Notes: generated by a model from the letters alone, not told the origin. DNA of 64,000 bases from Candidatus Versatilivorator sp. (GCA_965207735.1 OZ242296.1:64001-128000); one strand, 5' to 3'. Positions 48,990 through 59,135 are shown, counted from the stretch's first letter. Numbers and translations are program-made.

Positions 48990-50486
48990 GTGTTTCGAAC
49001 AAGAGTTGGTCCCTTGATCGGGTGTCTCTTTGTGGCTGCAGGCGGCGGCTCGGCACGAGCCCTGGATTTTGTGCAGCAGATCGCTCCCGGAGTCCATCTG
49101 GCCGGTTTTGCCGACCGCTTTGGTTCCGCCAACTGCGGTTGGATCGAGTTGGAGGATCGGACGGTGCTGATCGACCTGCCGCATGGGATCGGGGCGGAAG
49201 CATTCCTGGCGACTGTTGCCCGAACCAGTTCCAAGCCGGTCCGCTCGCTGTTGCTCACCAGCGCGCCGGATCCGGAAAATCAAACGCTGCAGGCACTCAG
49301 GGCGCGAGGCGTCGAAGTGATTGAGGGTGGCGCGGCGCGCAGGGAAATCTCGTTCGGTAATGGGCTGGGACGTATCGAAGCCATCCCCTGCGACGACGGC
49401 CTGAAACCCCCAGCGGCAGCCTTCTATCTGCCGCGTGAGCGGATCCTGTTTGCAGGTCGTATGGTTATTCACGGCCCGCGGGCCGATCTGACCGGCCGGG
49501 ACACCCTGGCCTGGACGGCTACGTTGCGGAAACTGAAACAGCTCGGGTCCAAGCGGGTGGTTCCGGGCTCCGGCAGCTGGGAGGGAGAGGATCTGCTGGG
49601 TCGCCAGATGGGGTATCTGGCCGAGTTGCGCCGCCAGGTGGCGTACGGGATCTGCCTGGGCCTCCCGCTGGAGGAGATCCGTAACAGGATCCTGTTGCCC
49701 GCTTCCTACTATGCCTGGCCGCCCTACGGTGAGCCGACCGCCGAAGACATCGAGCACCTGTTCCGGGAACAGACGGTCCCCACGGCTCCCTTCGGACGGC
49801 AAGGGCCCCCCAGGCAAGGCCAGAAACCTCAGGCCCTGGTCCTAATCGGCGACCGCTTTCACGAACCGGAGCACATCCAGGCGGGCTTGGAACCGGTCTT
49901 CAAGGCGAACGGGGTGACCCCCCACTTTGCCGTCGACGTCCGGGCGCTCTCGGCCGAAAACCTGGCTCGGGTCCAACTGCTGGTGGTCTTGAAGGACGGC
50001 ATGCTGTGGCCGGAGGGAAATGACCGTCCCTACCGGCAGTGGATGACCAGGGAGCAGCAGAATGCGGTGGTGGAATTCGTGAAAGGCGGCGGGGGATTCC
50101 TCAATCTGCACAACTCCATGGGACTGTACCCCGAGGGCTCCTACCTCGACCTGGTGGGAGGGCGCTATGAGGGGCACGGGCCTCTGGAGAGATTCGGGGT
50201 GGAGGTGGTGGATGGGGAGCACCCCGTTACACGGGGCGTGAGCAGCTTCTTCGTGGCCGACGAGCAGCACACGCCTTCTTACGATGCGCAGAAGGTGTCG
50301 TTGCTGCTGAGGAATCGGTCGGATCAGGGCAAGGCGGGCGCAGCCGGATGGGCCTATCAGGCCGGCCAGGGACGCCTGTGTCACCTGGCCAACGGCCATA
50401 CCCGGGAGTCCCTGGACCACCCGATGTTTCAGCGCCTGTTGCGGAACGCCGTCAAGTGGTGTCTGGCTTTGCCGGACCGCCGATAG
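48990..50486 (+). CDS. Exported fusion of a degenerate MBL-fold domain and a ThuA-like domain
   Basis: SANCGWI...VLID, VVPGSG; C-terminal GGGFLNLHNS, HPVTRGV, DEQH, GQGRLCHLANGH. Confidence 0.75.
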   Translation: MFRTRVGPLIGCLFVAAGGGSARALDFVQQIAPGVHLAGFADRFGSANCGWIELEDRTVLIDLPHGIGAEAFLATVARTSSKPVRSLLLTSAPDPENQTLQALRARGVEVIEGGAARREISFGNGLGRIEAIPCDDGLKPPAAAFYLPRERILFAGRMVIHGPRADLTGRDTLAWTATLRKLKQLGSKRVVPGSGSWEGEDLLGRQMGYLAELRRQVAYGICLGLPLEEIRNRILLPASYYAWPPYGEPTAEDIEHLFREQTVPTAPFGRQGPPRQGQKPQALVLIGDRFHEPEHIQAGLEPVFKANGVTPHFAVDVRALSAENLARVQLLVVLKDGMLWPEGNDRPYRQWMTREQQNAVVEFVKGGGGFLNLHNSMGLYPEGSYLDLVGGRYEGHGPLERFGVEVVDGEHPVTRGVSSFFVADEQHTPSYDAQKVSLLLRNRSDQGKAGAAGWAYQAGQGRLCHLANGHTRESLDHPMFQRLLRNAVKWCLALPDRR

Positions 50487-50531
50487 CCATCGGCTCCGAT
50501 CCGGCTCCCTGCCTGATGGGACAGGGCGCGA

Positions 50532-51617
50532 TCAGTTCTGATTTTTCTTCTTTCTCTCCTCCTCCGCCGAGAAGGTGGTTTTTACCTTTTGGGAGAAAGC
50601 CGTGATCATGGTCTTGGCCTCCAACGCGTGGGACCCGGTGGGAGCGATCTCCAGATATCTCTGATAAGCCTCCAGGGTGCCGGGAGCAGGGATCTGCTGA
50701 CCATCTTCGGTGACCGTGGCCATGCTGACCAGGGTGACAGCCAACTGGTACTGGGCCTCGGCGTTCTTGGGGTCGGCCTTCAGGGATTTTTTGAAGGCTT
50801 CTACCGCCTCGGCGGACTTCCCGGTTCGCACGAATGCCGCCGCGATTCTGAAGTAGACATCGGACAGTTTTTCGGGTGCCACCTCGGCGATCTTTGCAGC
50901 TGCCGCATACGCCTCAGTGCCCTTGCCGGCCATGGCCAGGGCTGAAGCCATGCTCCTCCGGTAAGCCACTTCAGAGTTGGGATTGGACTTCTTCTTTCCC
51001 AGGGCGGTGAGAGCGCTCTGGTAGCTTCCGACGGCCTGGTCGTATTTTCTCATCTGCCGGTAGGTGTCGCCCAGAAAGGCGTGGATCACATGCTGATCGG
51101 GGTCCAACTTGGCGGCCCTTTGGAAGGCCAGGGCGGCCATGGTGAAGTTTTTCTTCATGAACATGTCCCGCCCCTGCTGAAACTCCTCGTTCAGCTTGGC
51201 GTAGGCGGCGTCATTACCCCCTCCTCCTTTGGACGTGCGAAGAGCGATGGGAGGCATGACGCGAGTGTCCCTTCCTCCCAGGCACTCGGATCCGGGGCTG
51301 CAGACGTCGACGACGTTCTCCCAGACCTTGTCGTTGTCGATGTGCACCGAAACCTTGTAACGCCCGATGGGAATGAAGTAGCGGTTGAAGCGGCCCTTCT
51401 TGTTGGTCTTGGCCTCGATGGGTTTTCCGGCCCGCCCCAGGTTCTCGAACTGGATTATGGCATCTTTAACGGGTTGACCGTCGAGGGTGACGACTCCTTC
51501 GACGGTGCCTCTTTGAGCCAGGGCTTCCGGCGGCTCAGCCAGCGCCGCAAAGGTCAGAACCAGGCCACAGGCCAAATAGAATTTCCAATGTTTCCTCATG
51601 GGAACCTCCAGTGTCAT
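50532..51617 (-). CDS. Exported TPR protein with a carboxypeptidase-regulatory-like N domain
   Basis: GTVEGVV...GQPVKDA, TNKKG, TPR helices, YQRYLEIAPTG. Confidence 0.8.
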   Translation of the reverse strand: MTLEVPMRKHWKFYLACGLVLTFAALAEPPEALAQRGTVEGVVTLDGQPVKDAIIQFENLGRAGKPIEAKTNKKGRFNRYFIPIGRYKVSVHIDNDKVWENVVDVCSPGSECLGGRDTRVMPPIALRTSKGGGGNDAAYAKLNEEFQQGRDMFMKKNFTMAALAFQRAAKLDPDQHVIHAFLGDTYRQMRKYDQAVGSYQSALTALGKKKSNPNSEVAYRRSMASALAMAGKGTEAYAAAAKIAEVAPEKLSDVYFRIAAAFVRTGKSAEAVEAFKKSLKADPKNAEAQYQLAVTLVSMATVTEDGQQIPAPGTLEAYQRYLEIAPTGSHALEAKTMITAFSQKVKTTFSAEEERKKKNQN

Positions 51618-51839
51618 CTCCTCGGGGATGGGGTGCGGTTGCCGTTACGGAACCGAGCCCTCGGTCTGGAAAATTGCGCCAACGATTGGAATCCAAGCAC
51701 GGGTCAATTATACGCCAGGGGCTCGGGAACCGTCACCCTTTCTTCGGCGAACGTGGGTTGGCGTCCGCTTGCATTGACGTAGAAACCTGTCCCTCGGTTT
51801 CGAAAAGTAAGAAATGAATAAGACGCCGGTTCCGGACGA

Positions 51840-52961
51840 TCAGCCGGTGGCCGCTGTCCTTGGAGAGAGCTGGCGCTGGAGGGCGGGCATGACCTCGGAG
51901 GCGAACAACTCCAGGCTGTGGATGTGCCGCTCCTTGTCGTCCCAGTCGTGAGCCACCAGCACCAGCGTGCCGAACGGTCCCACCTCCCGGCGCAGCTCAA
52001 CGATCTGACGGGTCACCTCTTCCGGGTCGCCGGCAATGACGACCTCGTTCATGAAGTAGTCGAGGTTGCAATCGGCGTCGTTCATCTCGGGGTCTCGCCG
52101 AAACAGCTTCAACTCGCCCGCGAACTTCCGGGTGAAGGTCAGGATGTATTCGATGGTCCAGCCCAAGGTATTTTGGCGCGCCAGGCGCTTGGCTTCCGCC
52201 GTCGTGTCGGCCACGAAGATATTGAGGGAAACCTTCCAGTCCCGCGGCTGGGGTGTTCGTCCGGCCTGCCCGGCCGCCTGGCTGTAGGTGATCCAGTGAT
52301 CCTTCAGCACCTCGCGATGGAGCATATGGTGGCTGAAGGGCTGAAAACCCCGGGCGCCGGCCATTTTGACCGTTCCCGAACCACGGCTCATGCAGGGCAC
52401 CGCGATTGGAGGGTGGGGAAGTTGGTAGGGCCGGTGAACCACTCCGGTCCCCAGATCATCCGAAACACTCTCCTGCAGCCGGTAGTCCCAGAATTTGCCG
52501 GTCATCTCCCGCGGCGGTGTTTCCCCCCAGAGTTTCAGGATCATGTCGATGGATTCGGCGACCATGGCCCCGCTGTTCTTGGGTTCGACCTTGTGCACTT
52601 CCAGGTCGGAGGGAACCGCGCCCGGCCCGAAGCAGAGGTTCAGTCGTCCCTTGCACAGATGGTCCAGGAACGCCAGGCGCCCGGCTACCTGGGCGGGGTG
52701 GTGGTATTGAAGACAAATGGGGGCCGGTCCCAGGCGAATCCTCTCGGTCAGGGTAAACGCCTTGGCCAGAAAGATCTCCGGCATGACGATGTTTTCGTAG
52801 CTGGAGGTGTGGTGCTCGCCTACCCAGAACTCCTCGTATCCCCACTCCTCGCAGCGGCCGATCAGCTCCAGATCCTCGTCGTAGCACTGGGCCTTGGGCT
52901 TGGCCGGGTTGTGGATGGGCATCAGAAACATGCCGTATTTCAGGGGTTGATCGGGACTCAT
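51840..52961 (-). CDS. LLM-class flavin-dependent oxidoreductase
   Basis: GMFLMPIH, WVGEHH, HHPAQVA...LDHL, LELFASEVMP. Confidence 0.9.
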   Translation of the reverse strand: MSPDQPLKYGMFLMPIHNPAKPKAQCYDEDLELIGRCEEWGYEEFWVGEHHTSSYENIVMPEIFLAKAFTLTERIRLGPAPICLQYHHPAQVAGRLAFLDHLCKGRLNLCFGPGAVPSDLEVHKVEPKNSGAMVAESIDMILKLWGETPPREMTGKFWDYRLQESVSDDLGTGVVHRPYQLPHPPIAVPCMSRGSGTVKMAGARGFQPFSHHMLHREVLKDHWITYSQAAGQAGRTPQPRDWKVSLNIFVADTTAEAKRLARQNTLGWTIEYILTFTRKFAGELKLFRRDPEMNDADCNLDYFMNEVVIAGDPEEVTRQIVELRREVGPFGTLVLVAHDWDDKERHIHSLELFASEVMPALQRQLSPRTAATG

Positions 52962-53241
52962 GCTGGATTCCTCACTGGGTTCACGTGGTTCGAGCTCCCC
53001 GGCTGCAAGAATCGGAAACATATATTCAACCCCGGATAGAGTCAATCTCAAAAGGGAGCTGCGATTTACAGGACAACGGGAGATGAAATCCGCTAACAGA
53101 GCGGATCCAATCGAGCTCATCTCTCCAATGCCCGGGATCGTCGTTCCGGGACGCGCTTTTCTCTTTGAGTTGTCCCGAAACATCGAATAGATTAAGTGGC
53201 TGATTCACAGCTATGAGGCCGGGTCGGCGCCAGGCCCGGGA

Positions 53242-54546
53242 ATGCCGACATCGAAGGGAGAAGAATCGAAGATGCCCAACGGGAACTGCTACACCGACGA
53301 CTGGAAACGGACCACCCCCGACTATGCGGTCTATCTGCAGGAGGCACCCGGAGAACGCGACGAGTATTCCGACCACATTCACGTCTTTTACACCCCGGGA
53401 GGCGATCTCATGTGCATGTGGACCCAGGGTTCCTATGAGAGTTCTCCCGACCTGCGGGTGGTTTGCTCCCGCAGCAAGGATGGTGGAAAGACGTGGTCCC
53501 CGATCGTTGCCATTGACGAACCCAAGTACAAGAACATGGTCCCGGCCCTGGGATTCCCCCTGATCAGCCGCACGGGTCGGATTTACTGCCTCTACAACCA
53601 GCATCTGGGTTACGGCGACGGGGGACTCTACTCCGGGCCCCTGCGGGTAAAATATTCCGATGACGACGGTCACACGTGGATCGCCAGTGGCGTGGATCTC
53701 CCCTGGCGGCGGACCCGTTTCGACCACCCCGATCCCAAGGTCCATCCCAGCGGGATCATCTGGCAGCAGCCTATCCGGGACGCCAGGGACCGGGTGATCG
53801 TGGGATTCACGCGCTGGAGCAGCAGCATGGCTTATCCCCGACCCATCGGGGGAAATCGCAACCACTCCGACAGCGGCATCGAGTTCATGCGCTTCGAGAA
53901 TGTGGACGAGGGCCCCCACCCCAGGGACCTGAAAATCACTTGGCTGCCGGACGAGGCAGGAACCGTTCGAGTCTCGCCCAACATCGAACCCGAGCACTCC
54001 CGAGGCTACAGTCTGGCCCAGGAGCCGGGCTTGGTGCTTTTGCCGGACGGGCGCTTGTTCACCACCATGAGGACCGTCACCGGTTACATCTGGTACACGG
54101 TTTCCGATGACCACGGCCACAGTTGGCGTCCCACCCAACCCATGCGCTATCGAGACAACGGCGCCAAGGTCGAGCATCCCAAGTCGCCCGAGCCCCTCTA
54201 CCGCCTGGCCGATGGCCGTTACCTGTTCTTCTACCACAACCACTCCGGCTACCGGGACGGGGCCACCGGCCCCTGGGACATGGACGCCCGCCGTCCCGTA
54301 TACATCACCGTGGGAGAGTTTCGCCCCCAGGCGGAGCAACCCCTCTGGTTCAGCGAGCCCAAGTTTCTCTTCGACACCCAGAAGGTCACCGCCGGGGTGA
54401 CCCGGCTCTGGTGGCTGGCCATGTACGCCAGCCTGACGGAGAGGGACGGCCAGCGCACCTTCTGGTACGCTGACCGCAAACAGTTCGTCCTGGGAAAAAA
54501 CATCACCGACGAGATGCTGGCCGACATGAAGGCCCCGGAGGCATAA
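53242..54546 (+). CDS. BNR/Asp-box sialidase-like protein
   Basis: Asp boxes SKDGGKTW, SDDDGHTW, SDDHGHSW. Confidence 0.8.
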   Translation: MPTSKGEESKMPNGNCYTDDWKRTTPDYAVYLQEAPGERDEYSDHIHVFYTPGGDLMCMWTQGSYESSPDLRVVCSRSKDGGKTWSPIVAIDEPKYKNMVPALGFPLISRTGRIYCLYNQHLGYGDGGLYSGPLRVKYSDDDGHTWIASGVDLPWRRTRFDHPDPKVHPSGIIWQQPIRDARDRVIVGFTRWSSSMAYPRPIGGNRNHSDSGIEFMRFENVDEGPHPRDLKITWLPDEAGTVRVSPNIEPEHSRGYSLAQEPGLVLLPDGRLFTTMRTVTGYIWYTVSDDHGHSWRPTQPMRYRDNGAKVEHPKSPEPLYRLADGRYLFFYHNHSGYRDGATGPWDMDARRPVYITVGEFRPQAEQPLWFSEPKFLFDTQKVTAGVTRLWWLAMYASLTERDGQRTFWYADRKQFVLGKNITDEMLADMKAPEA

Positions 54547-54551
54547 GGCTT

Positions 54552-56414
54552 GTGAAAAAGACACAGATGAGAAATCAGATGCCGTTCGGGTGGCCTGCCG
54601 CCCTGCTCCTTTCATCGGCCATCCTCTGGACCGGCTGTTCGGTGTCGCCCCCTTCCGGTGAGCAACCCGCGGCGGGGACTTCCAACGCTGTTTCGGAGCC
54701 CAACGCCATCTATCTGACCGACCTGGAGAAGTGCCAGCCGGCTTCCGCCCTGGCCAGTGAATGGAAACATGGCACTTGGCGGCTGCTTTCCTACGCCACT
54801 GATTCCTTCAGCGGCAACCTGCTGGTGGCCGCCGAGGACAACCGGCCACCTGAAATCACCTATCCGCTGCAGCGGGAAGGATGGCACCGGATCTACATCG
54901 GCATCTACCGCGAACCGTTCACCGGCCCCAGACGAATTCAGGTCCGCCTGAGCCACGACAAGGCCTTCGCCACCCTGACGGGGCTCGAGGGGGCCAAGGA
55001 CCATCAGGAGCATTTTATCGATGATATTTTCTGGAAGGAAGCCGACCTCACCGGTAGGGACATCGTTTTCAAGCAGATCGTCGAGCCCATGGCGGTGCAC
55101 GCCTGGGTCGCTTACATCAAGCTGGTGCCCCTCACTGAGAAGCAGGTGCGATCCATCCAGACTGACCGTCGTCGCAAGGACACCAAGAGACTGTTCATCC
55201 ATAACGACGCCGGAGTGATCGATCGCAGCGGAACCGAGCAGAAAATCCGGGATCAACTGGAACCGCTGCGTCATTCCGACGTGGCCCGGGTCTACTGGGA
55301 ATTCGGTACCGGCGACCGGGCCAAGCGTTTCTCCAAGATCGCCCGGGACCACTCGCTGGATTTGACCCAAGCAACAGGGGGCCGTCCCTTCTTTACCAGC
55401 CCCCACAGCCGCTGGTGGGCCGAGAGCTGGAAGGCCTACCACGAGAACGGGGTGGACCCCTTTCTGGTGGCTGCCGAGTACGCCCGCCAGGTGGGAATAG
55501 AGTTCCATGCCTCCTACCGTCCCGGGGGCTTCATCTACCCGGCCAACTATGGTCCGACGCTTCCGGGCGTCAGCTTTTATGAAAAGCACCCGGAGTTGGT
55601 CTGCATGAATCGCGAGGGCAAACCCATGCCCCGTATCTCCTATGCCTTCCCCGAGACTCGGCGCTATGTGTTGTCGCTCTATCGTGAAGTGGCCACGGAA
55701 AATCCTATCGACGGAGTGGCGGTTCTCTACAATCGCCGCCCACCGCTGGTGGCCTACGAGGCGCCGGTGGTTGAAGGGTTTCAGAAAAAGTACGGCTTGG
55801 ACCCGCGCCAGCTTCCGGAGAATGATCCTCGCTTCATGCGCCACCGTTCACAGTTCCTGACCCAGTTCATGAGAGAACTGCGAGCCGAGATGGACCAGGT
55901 AGCTCGAGAGCTGAAGAGGGAGACGCCCTTCGAGATCACAGCTGTTGTTTCCAATGGCGAAGAAAACCTGCTGTTGGGGATGGACCTGGCCACCTGGGTC
56001 GAGGAAGGTCTGGTGGATGTGATTATTCCCTATTCCTCGGTCGAGCGGATAGGAGCCTATGGAAACAAAGTTGGCCCAAACACATGGGACGGCGAACCCA
56101 GCTGGGAGGACCCCCAGGATGTGGAGTGGTTTGTCTCCCTGGTCAAGGGCACCCGAACCCGGGTGGCCCTGAACATGATGCCGCGGTTCCTGACGAAGGA
56201 AGCTCAATACCGCAAGGCACACCAACTCTACGAGGCCGGGGTGGAAAACCTCTTCTTCTGGGACGGGACCCACAGAGTGCGCAATGTTCTGCGGCTGGGA
56301 CACCGGGAAGAGGTGTCTGACTGGATGGCTTCGGGTCAGCCTCCCTTCCGACCCACCAACGTAAGGGTTTGGGAACTGGGGGGATGGGACCTGCACACTG
56401 AAACCCCCGGGTAG
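54552..56414 (+). CDS. Lipoprotein with a GH-like TIM barrel (GHL10/DUF187-like)
   Basis: Lipobox WTGC, GIEFHASYR, HPE, SYAFPETR, IDGV, DLATWVEEGLVD. Confidence 0.65.
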   Translation: MKKTQMRNQMPFGWPAALLLSSAILWTGCSVSPPSGEQPAAGTSNAVSEPNAIYLTDLEKCQPASALASEWKHGTWRLLSYATDSFSGNLLVAAEDNRPPEITYPLQREGWHRIYIGIYREPFTGPRRIQVRLSHDKAFATLTGLEGAKDHQEHFIDDIFWKEADLTGRDIVFKQIVEPMAVHAWVAYIKLVPLTEKQVRSIQTDRRRKDTKRLFIHNDAGVIDRSGTEQKIRDQLEPLRHSDVARVYWEFGTGDRAKRFSKIARDHSLDLTQATGGRPFFTSPHSRWWAESWKAYHENGVDPFLVAAEYARQVGIEFHASYRPGGFIYPANYGPTLPGVSFYEKHPELVCMNREGKPMPRISYAFPETRRYVLSLYREVATENPIDGVAVLYNRRPPLVAYEAPVVEGFQKKYGLDPRQLPENDPRFMRHRSQFLTQFMRELRAEMDQVARELKRETPFEITAVVSNGEENLLLGMDLATWVEEGLVDVIIPYSSVERIGAYGNKVGPNTWDGEPSWEDPQDVEWFVSLVKGTRTRVALNMMPRFLTKEAQYRKAHQLYEAGVENLFFWDGTHRVRNVLRLGHREEVSDWMASGQPPFRPTNVRVWELGGWDLHTETPG

Positions 56415-56499
56415 CCGGCCGGCTGACGCATCGGCCGGGACATTTGTGGGCAGGACGCCCGTGCTCCCCGGCGATGCCGTAGGTTGAGATTCACTCACG

Positions 56500-56850
56500 G
56501 GGCGCCGCGTATGCCCCCCACCGGATCGATTGCGGGCTGGCGCACCCTCGCGACGCCGCGTCTGCCCCCCTCTGGATCGACTGCGGGCTGGCGCACCTTC
56601 GGGACGCCGAGTTTGCCCCCCTCCGGCTCGACAGCGGGCTCCGCCCTCTCGCCGACTCCCCCTCAAGGGGGGAGTGATACTTGTGGCCTGTAGAGGGCTT
56701 ATTGCCCCATTCCTGGGCAGGATGTAAACCATGTTCCCGGTCTACCGCATAAACTCCGTTCCCACTTCATAACACGGATATCACTCCCCCCTTGAGGGGG
56801 AGTCGCAGAAGTCGAGCCGAATGGCGAAGGCTGATGCGGTGGGGGACAGG
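56500..56850. repeat. REP-doublet element copy 2, preceded by three ~50-bp tandem units
   Basis: Arms at 56653-56679 and 56779-56805 with a 99-nt core; units CGCCG.GT.TGCCCCCC.C.GG.TCGA..GCGGGCT. Confidence 0.88.
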
Positions 56851-56883
56851 CGCCGGGCCGCCATTCCGTGTCGGAAGGTCCGG

Positions 56884-58218
56884 TCAGGGGCCTGGCTGCC
56901 GGTCCAGCCGGAGCAGCGTTTGCAGCAGCAGGTTGGCTCCGTTGGTGACGTCGCGCGGTTTGGTGTATTCCTTTGGGGAGTGGCTGATCCCGCCCACGCT
57001 GGGAACGAAGATCAGGGCGGAGGGAGCAATGTGGACCATATTCTGGGCGTCGTGGGCGGCCCCGCTGGGCAGCCGGGCGTAGCTCAGGCCCAGGGCGTCG
57101 GCCGTTTGCCGGATCACCTCCTGCAGGTTCGGGTCGGTGAGGGTCGGCTCCACTCGGATGTCGATTTCCTTGAACTCGATCCCGGCGTCGGTCTCCTGCT
57201 CAATGATTCGCGCCGTGCGCCGTATTTCCTGGGAAACCTCCTCCAGCTTGGATTGTTCGAGATCGCGCAGCTCCAGGCTCAGTTCCACCCGTCCGGGAAT
57301 GACGTTGGGAGCTCCCGGCTCGGCCGTGATGCGCCCCACCGTGGCCACCTGTCTTCCGGGCAGGCTTGTAGCGGCTCGGTTGACCGCGATCACCAGCCTG
57401 GCGGCCGCCAGCAGGGCGTCCCGGCGGGCGTTCATGGGGGTGGTGCCGGCGTGGTTGGCTGAACCCGTCACGGTTACGTCCCACCACCGGATCCCAACGA
57501 ATCCTTCCACAATACCTACGTCGATTCCTTCCGACTCCAGGCTGCCGCCTTGCTCGATGTGCAACTCCAGGTAAGCCTTCACCTCTCCAGGCCGGCGTAT
57601 GGCACGGGAGATTCGGTCGGCATTCCCTCCCAGGGCTGCAATCCCTTGCCGGATGGAAATTCCGCTGCGGCTGGATTCCTCCAGGGCTTGGGCGTTGAGC
57701 CGGCCCGCCAGGGCACGGCTGCCGGTCAAGCCTCCCTCCTCGTTGGCGAAGACAATGACTTCGAGGGGGATTCGGGTCCGGATTCCCTGCTCCCCCAGCA
57801 CCTGGACGCACTCGATGGCCGCCATCACTCCCAGCACGCCGTCGTAGGCGCCGGCCAGAGGCACAGTGTCGATGTGCGACCCCAGCACAATGGGGGCGAG
57901 TTCGGGCGATTCACCCTGCAGGCGCCCCGACAGGTTGCCGGCGTGGTCGATGCCGACCTCCAGGCCGGCCTCCCGCATTAGCCGGGTCACGTATTCCCGG
58001 CCGCGAAGGTCGGCTTCGGTGAAAGCCAAACGGGTCACACCCTGGGGACTCCCTCCGATGCGGGCCAGTCGGTCAATGCGCTCCTGGAGGCGTTCCGCAT
58101 TGACCCGGAGAGCCGTCGGCTCTCCGGATTCAGTCCCTTGCAGGGGCCATGAGAGCAGCAACAAGCCGAGGGTCAGGCGGCAGAGACCGGGCAATCTGCT
58201 GATTTCGGATGGCTGCAC
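56884..58218 (-). CDS. M20 Zn amidohydrolase (N-carbamoyl-amino acid/allantoate type), with signal peptide
   Basis: GSHIDTV, YDGVLG, NEEG, ELHIEQG, NHAGTTPM, SGAAHDA, SHSPKE. Confidence 0.92.
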   Translation of the reverse strand: MQPSEISRLPGLCRLTLGLLLLSWPLQGTESGEPTALRVNAERLQERIDRLARIGGSPQGVTRLAFTEADLRGREYVTRLMREAGLEVGIDHAGNLSGRLQGESPELAPIVLGSHIDTVPLAGAYDGVLGVMAAIECVQVLGEQGIRTRIPLEVIVFANEEGGLTGSRALAGRLNAQALEESSRSGISIRQGIAALGGNADRISRAIRRPGEVKAYLELHIEQGGSLESEGIDVGIVEGFVGIRWWDVTVTGSANHAGTTPMNARRDALLAAARLVIAVNRAATSLPGRQVATVGRITAEPGAPNVIPGRVELSLELRDLEQSKLEEVSQEIRRTARIIEQETDAGIEFKEIDIRVEPTLTDPNLQEVIRQTADALGLSYARLPSGAAHDAQNMVHIAPSALIFVPSVGGISHSPKEYTKPRDVTNGANLLLQTLLRLDRQPGP

Positions 58219-58589
58219 GGGCTTCTCCCGGATTGGGCTGATTCCACTGGTTGTCGAACTTCCCTCAGGAGCCTTGGACTCCTGCGCCAGCCATCATACC
58301 CGATGCGGGGGAATCGGGATCACCAACCGGCGCTTGCCGGCCGCCGGAGGGGTGGCAGGGGGGCGGCAGGGCTTGCGCCGACGGGATCGCGCAATTATAC
58401 TGGTTATGTCCTCGAAGACTCCCTCTCCACACGGACTGTTTGTGGGCTGATCGTTTCGTTGCGGCCATTGCCAGCCCTGCAGACAATTCGGGACTGACGG
58501 TCCACTGCCACCGGCAACGGGATTGAACGGTGCGCAGATGGACCGCCAAGTGAGATCCGTTGGAGCCAAAGAAAGGAGAGGGAGGCGCC

Positions 58590-59135
58590 ATGAGCATCAT
58601 GGTCACGGAGATTTATCGGGCGCTTGTCGATGCGGGGGCGTCAGAGGAAAAAGCCAGAGCGGCGGCGGAAGCCATTCCCGACATGTCGGATCTAGCCGAT
58701 AAAAATGACGTTGCCGAATTCAGGTCCGAGTTGAAGCACGACATTGGCAATCTTCGGTCCGAGCTAAAACAGGACATCGCCGATTATCAGTCCGAGCTAA
58801 AACAGGACATCGCCGATTATCAGTCCGAGCTGAAGCAGGACATTGTTGATGTTCGGTCCGAGTTCAAACGCGAGATTGTTGAACTACGGTCCGAGTTCAA
58901 ACACGAGATTGTTGAACTACGGTCCGAGTTCAAACGTGAGATTGTTGAACTACGGTCCGAGTTGAAACAGGATACCGCCGATCTTCGGTCCGAGCTGAAG
59001 CAGGATACCGTCAATCTTCGGTCCGAGCTGAAGCAGGACATTGTCGGACTGAAGGCCGACCTGTACAAGCACATGTGGCTCATGCAGGGAGCGACCGTCC
59101 TTGCCATCGTCGGCCTATTGAAACTCCTGCCTTGA
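58590..59135 (+). CDS. DUF1640/CCDC90-like membrane-anchored coiled-coil protein
   Basis: EIYRALVDAGASEEKARAAAE, LADKND, hendecad repeats, C-terminal TM segment. Confidence 0.85.
   Translation: MSIMVTEIYRALVDAGASEEKARAAAEAIPDMSDLADKNDVAEFRSELKHDIGNLRSELKQDIADYQSELKQDIADYQSELKQDIVDVRSEFKREIVELRSEFKHEIVELRSEFKREIVELRSELKQDTADLRSELKQDTVNLRSELKQDIVGLKADLYKHMWLMQGATVLAIVGLLKLLP
58721..59050 (+). repeat. Ten in-frame 33-bp tandem repeats
   Basis: Invariant GTCCGAG every 33 nt, encoding an RSELKQDIxxL-type unit. Confidence 0.92.

Noticed and set aside
56500-56650. ~50-bp tandem units as CRISPR
   Set aside because: Units are similar along their whole length and are part of a REP-like composite
58219-58589. 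370-bp divergent intergenic region as ncRNA
   Set aside because: No convincing motif or structure seen by eye
58721-59050. 33-bp periodicity as a CRISPR array
   Set aside because: No spacers, in-frame coding repeats, no cas genes
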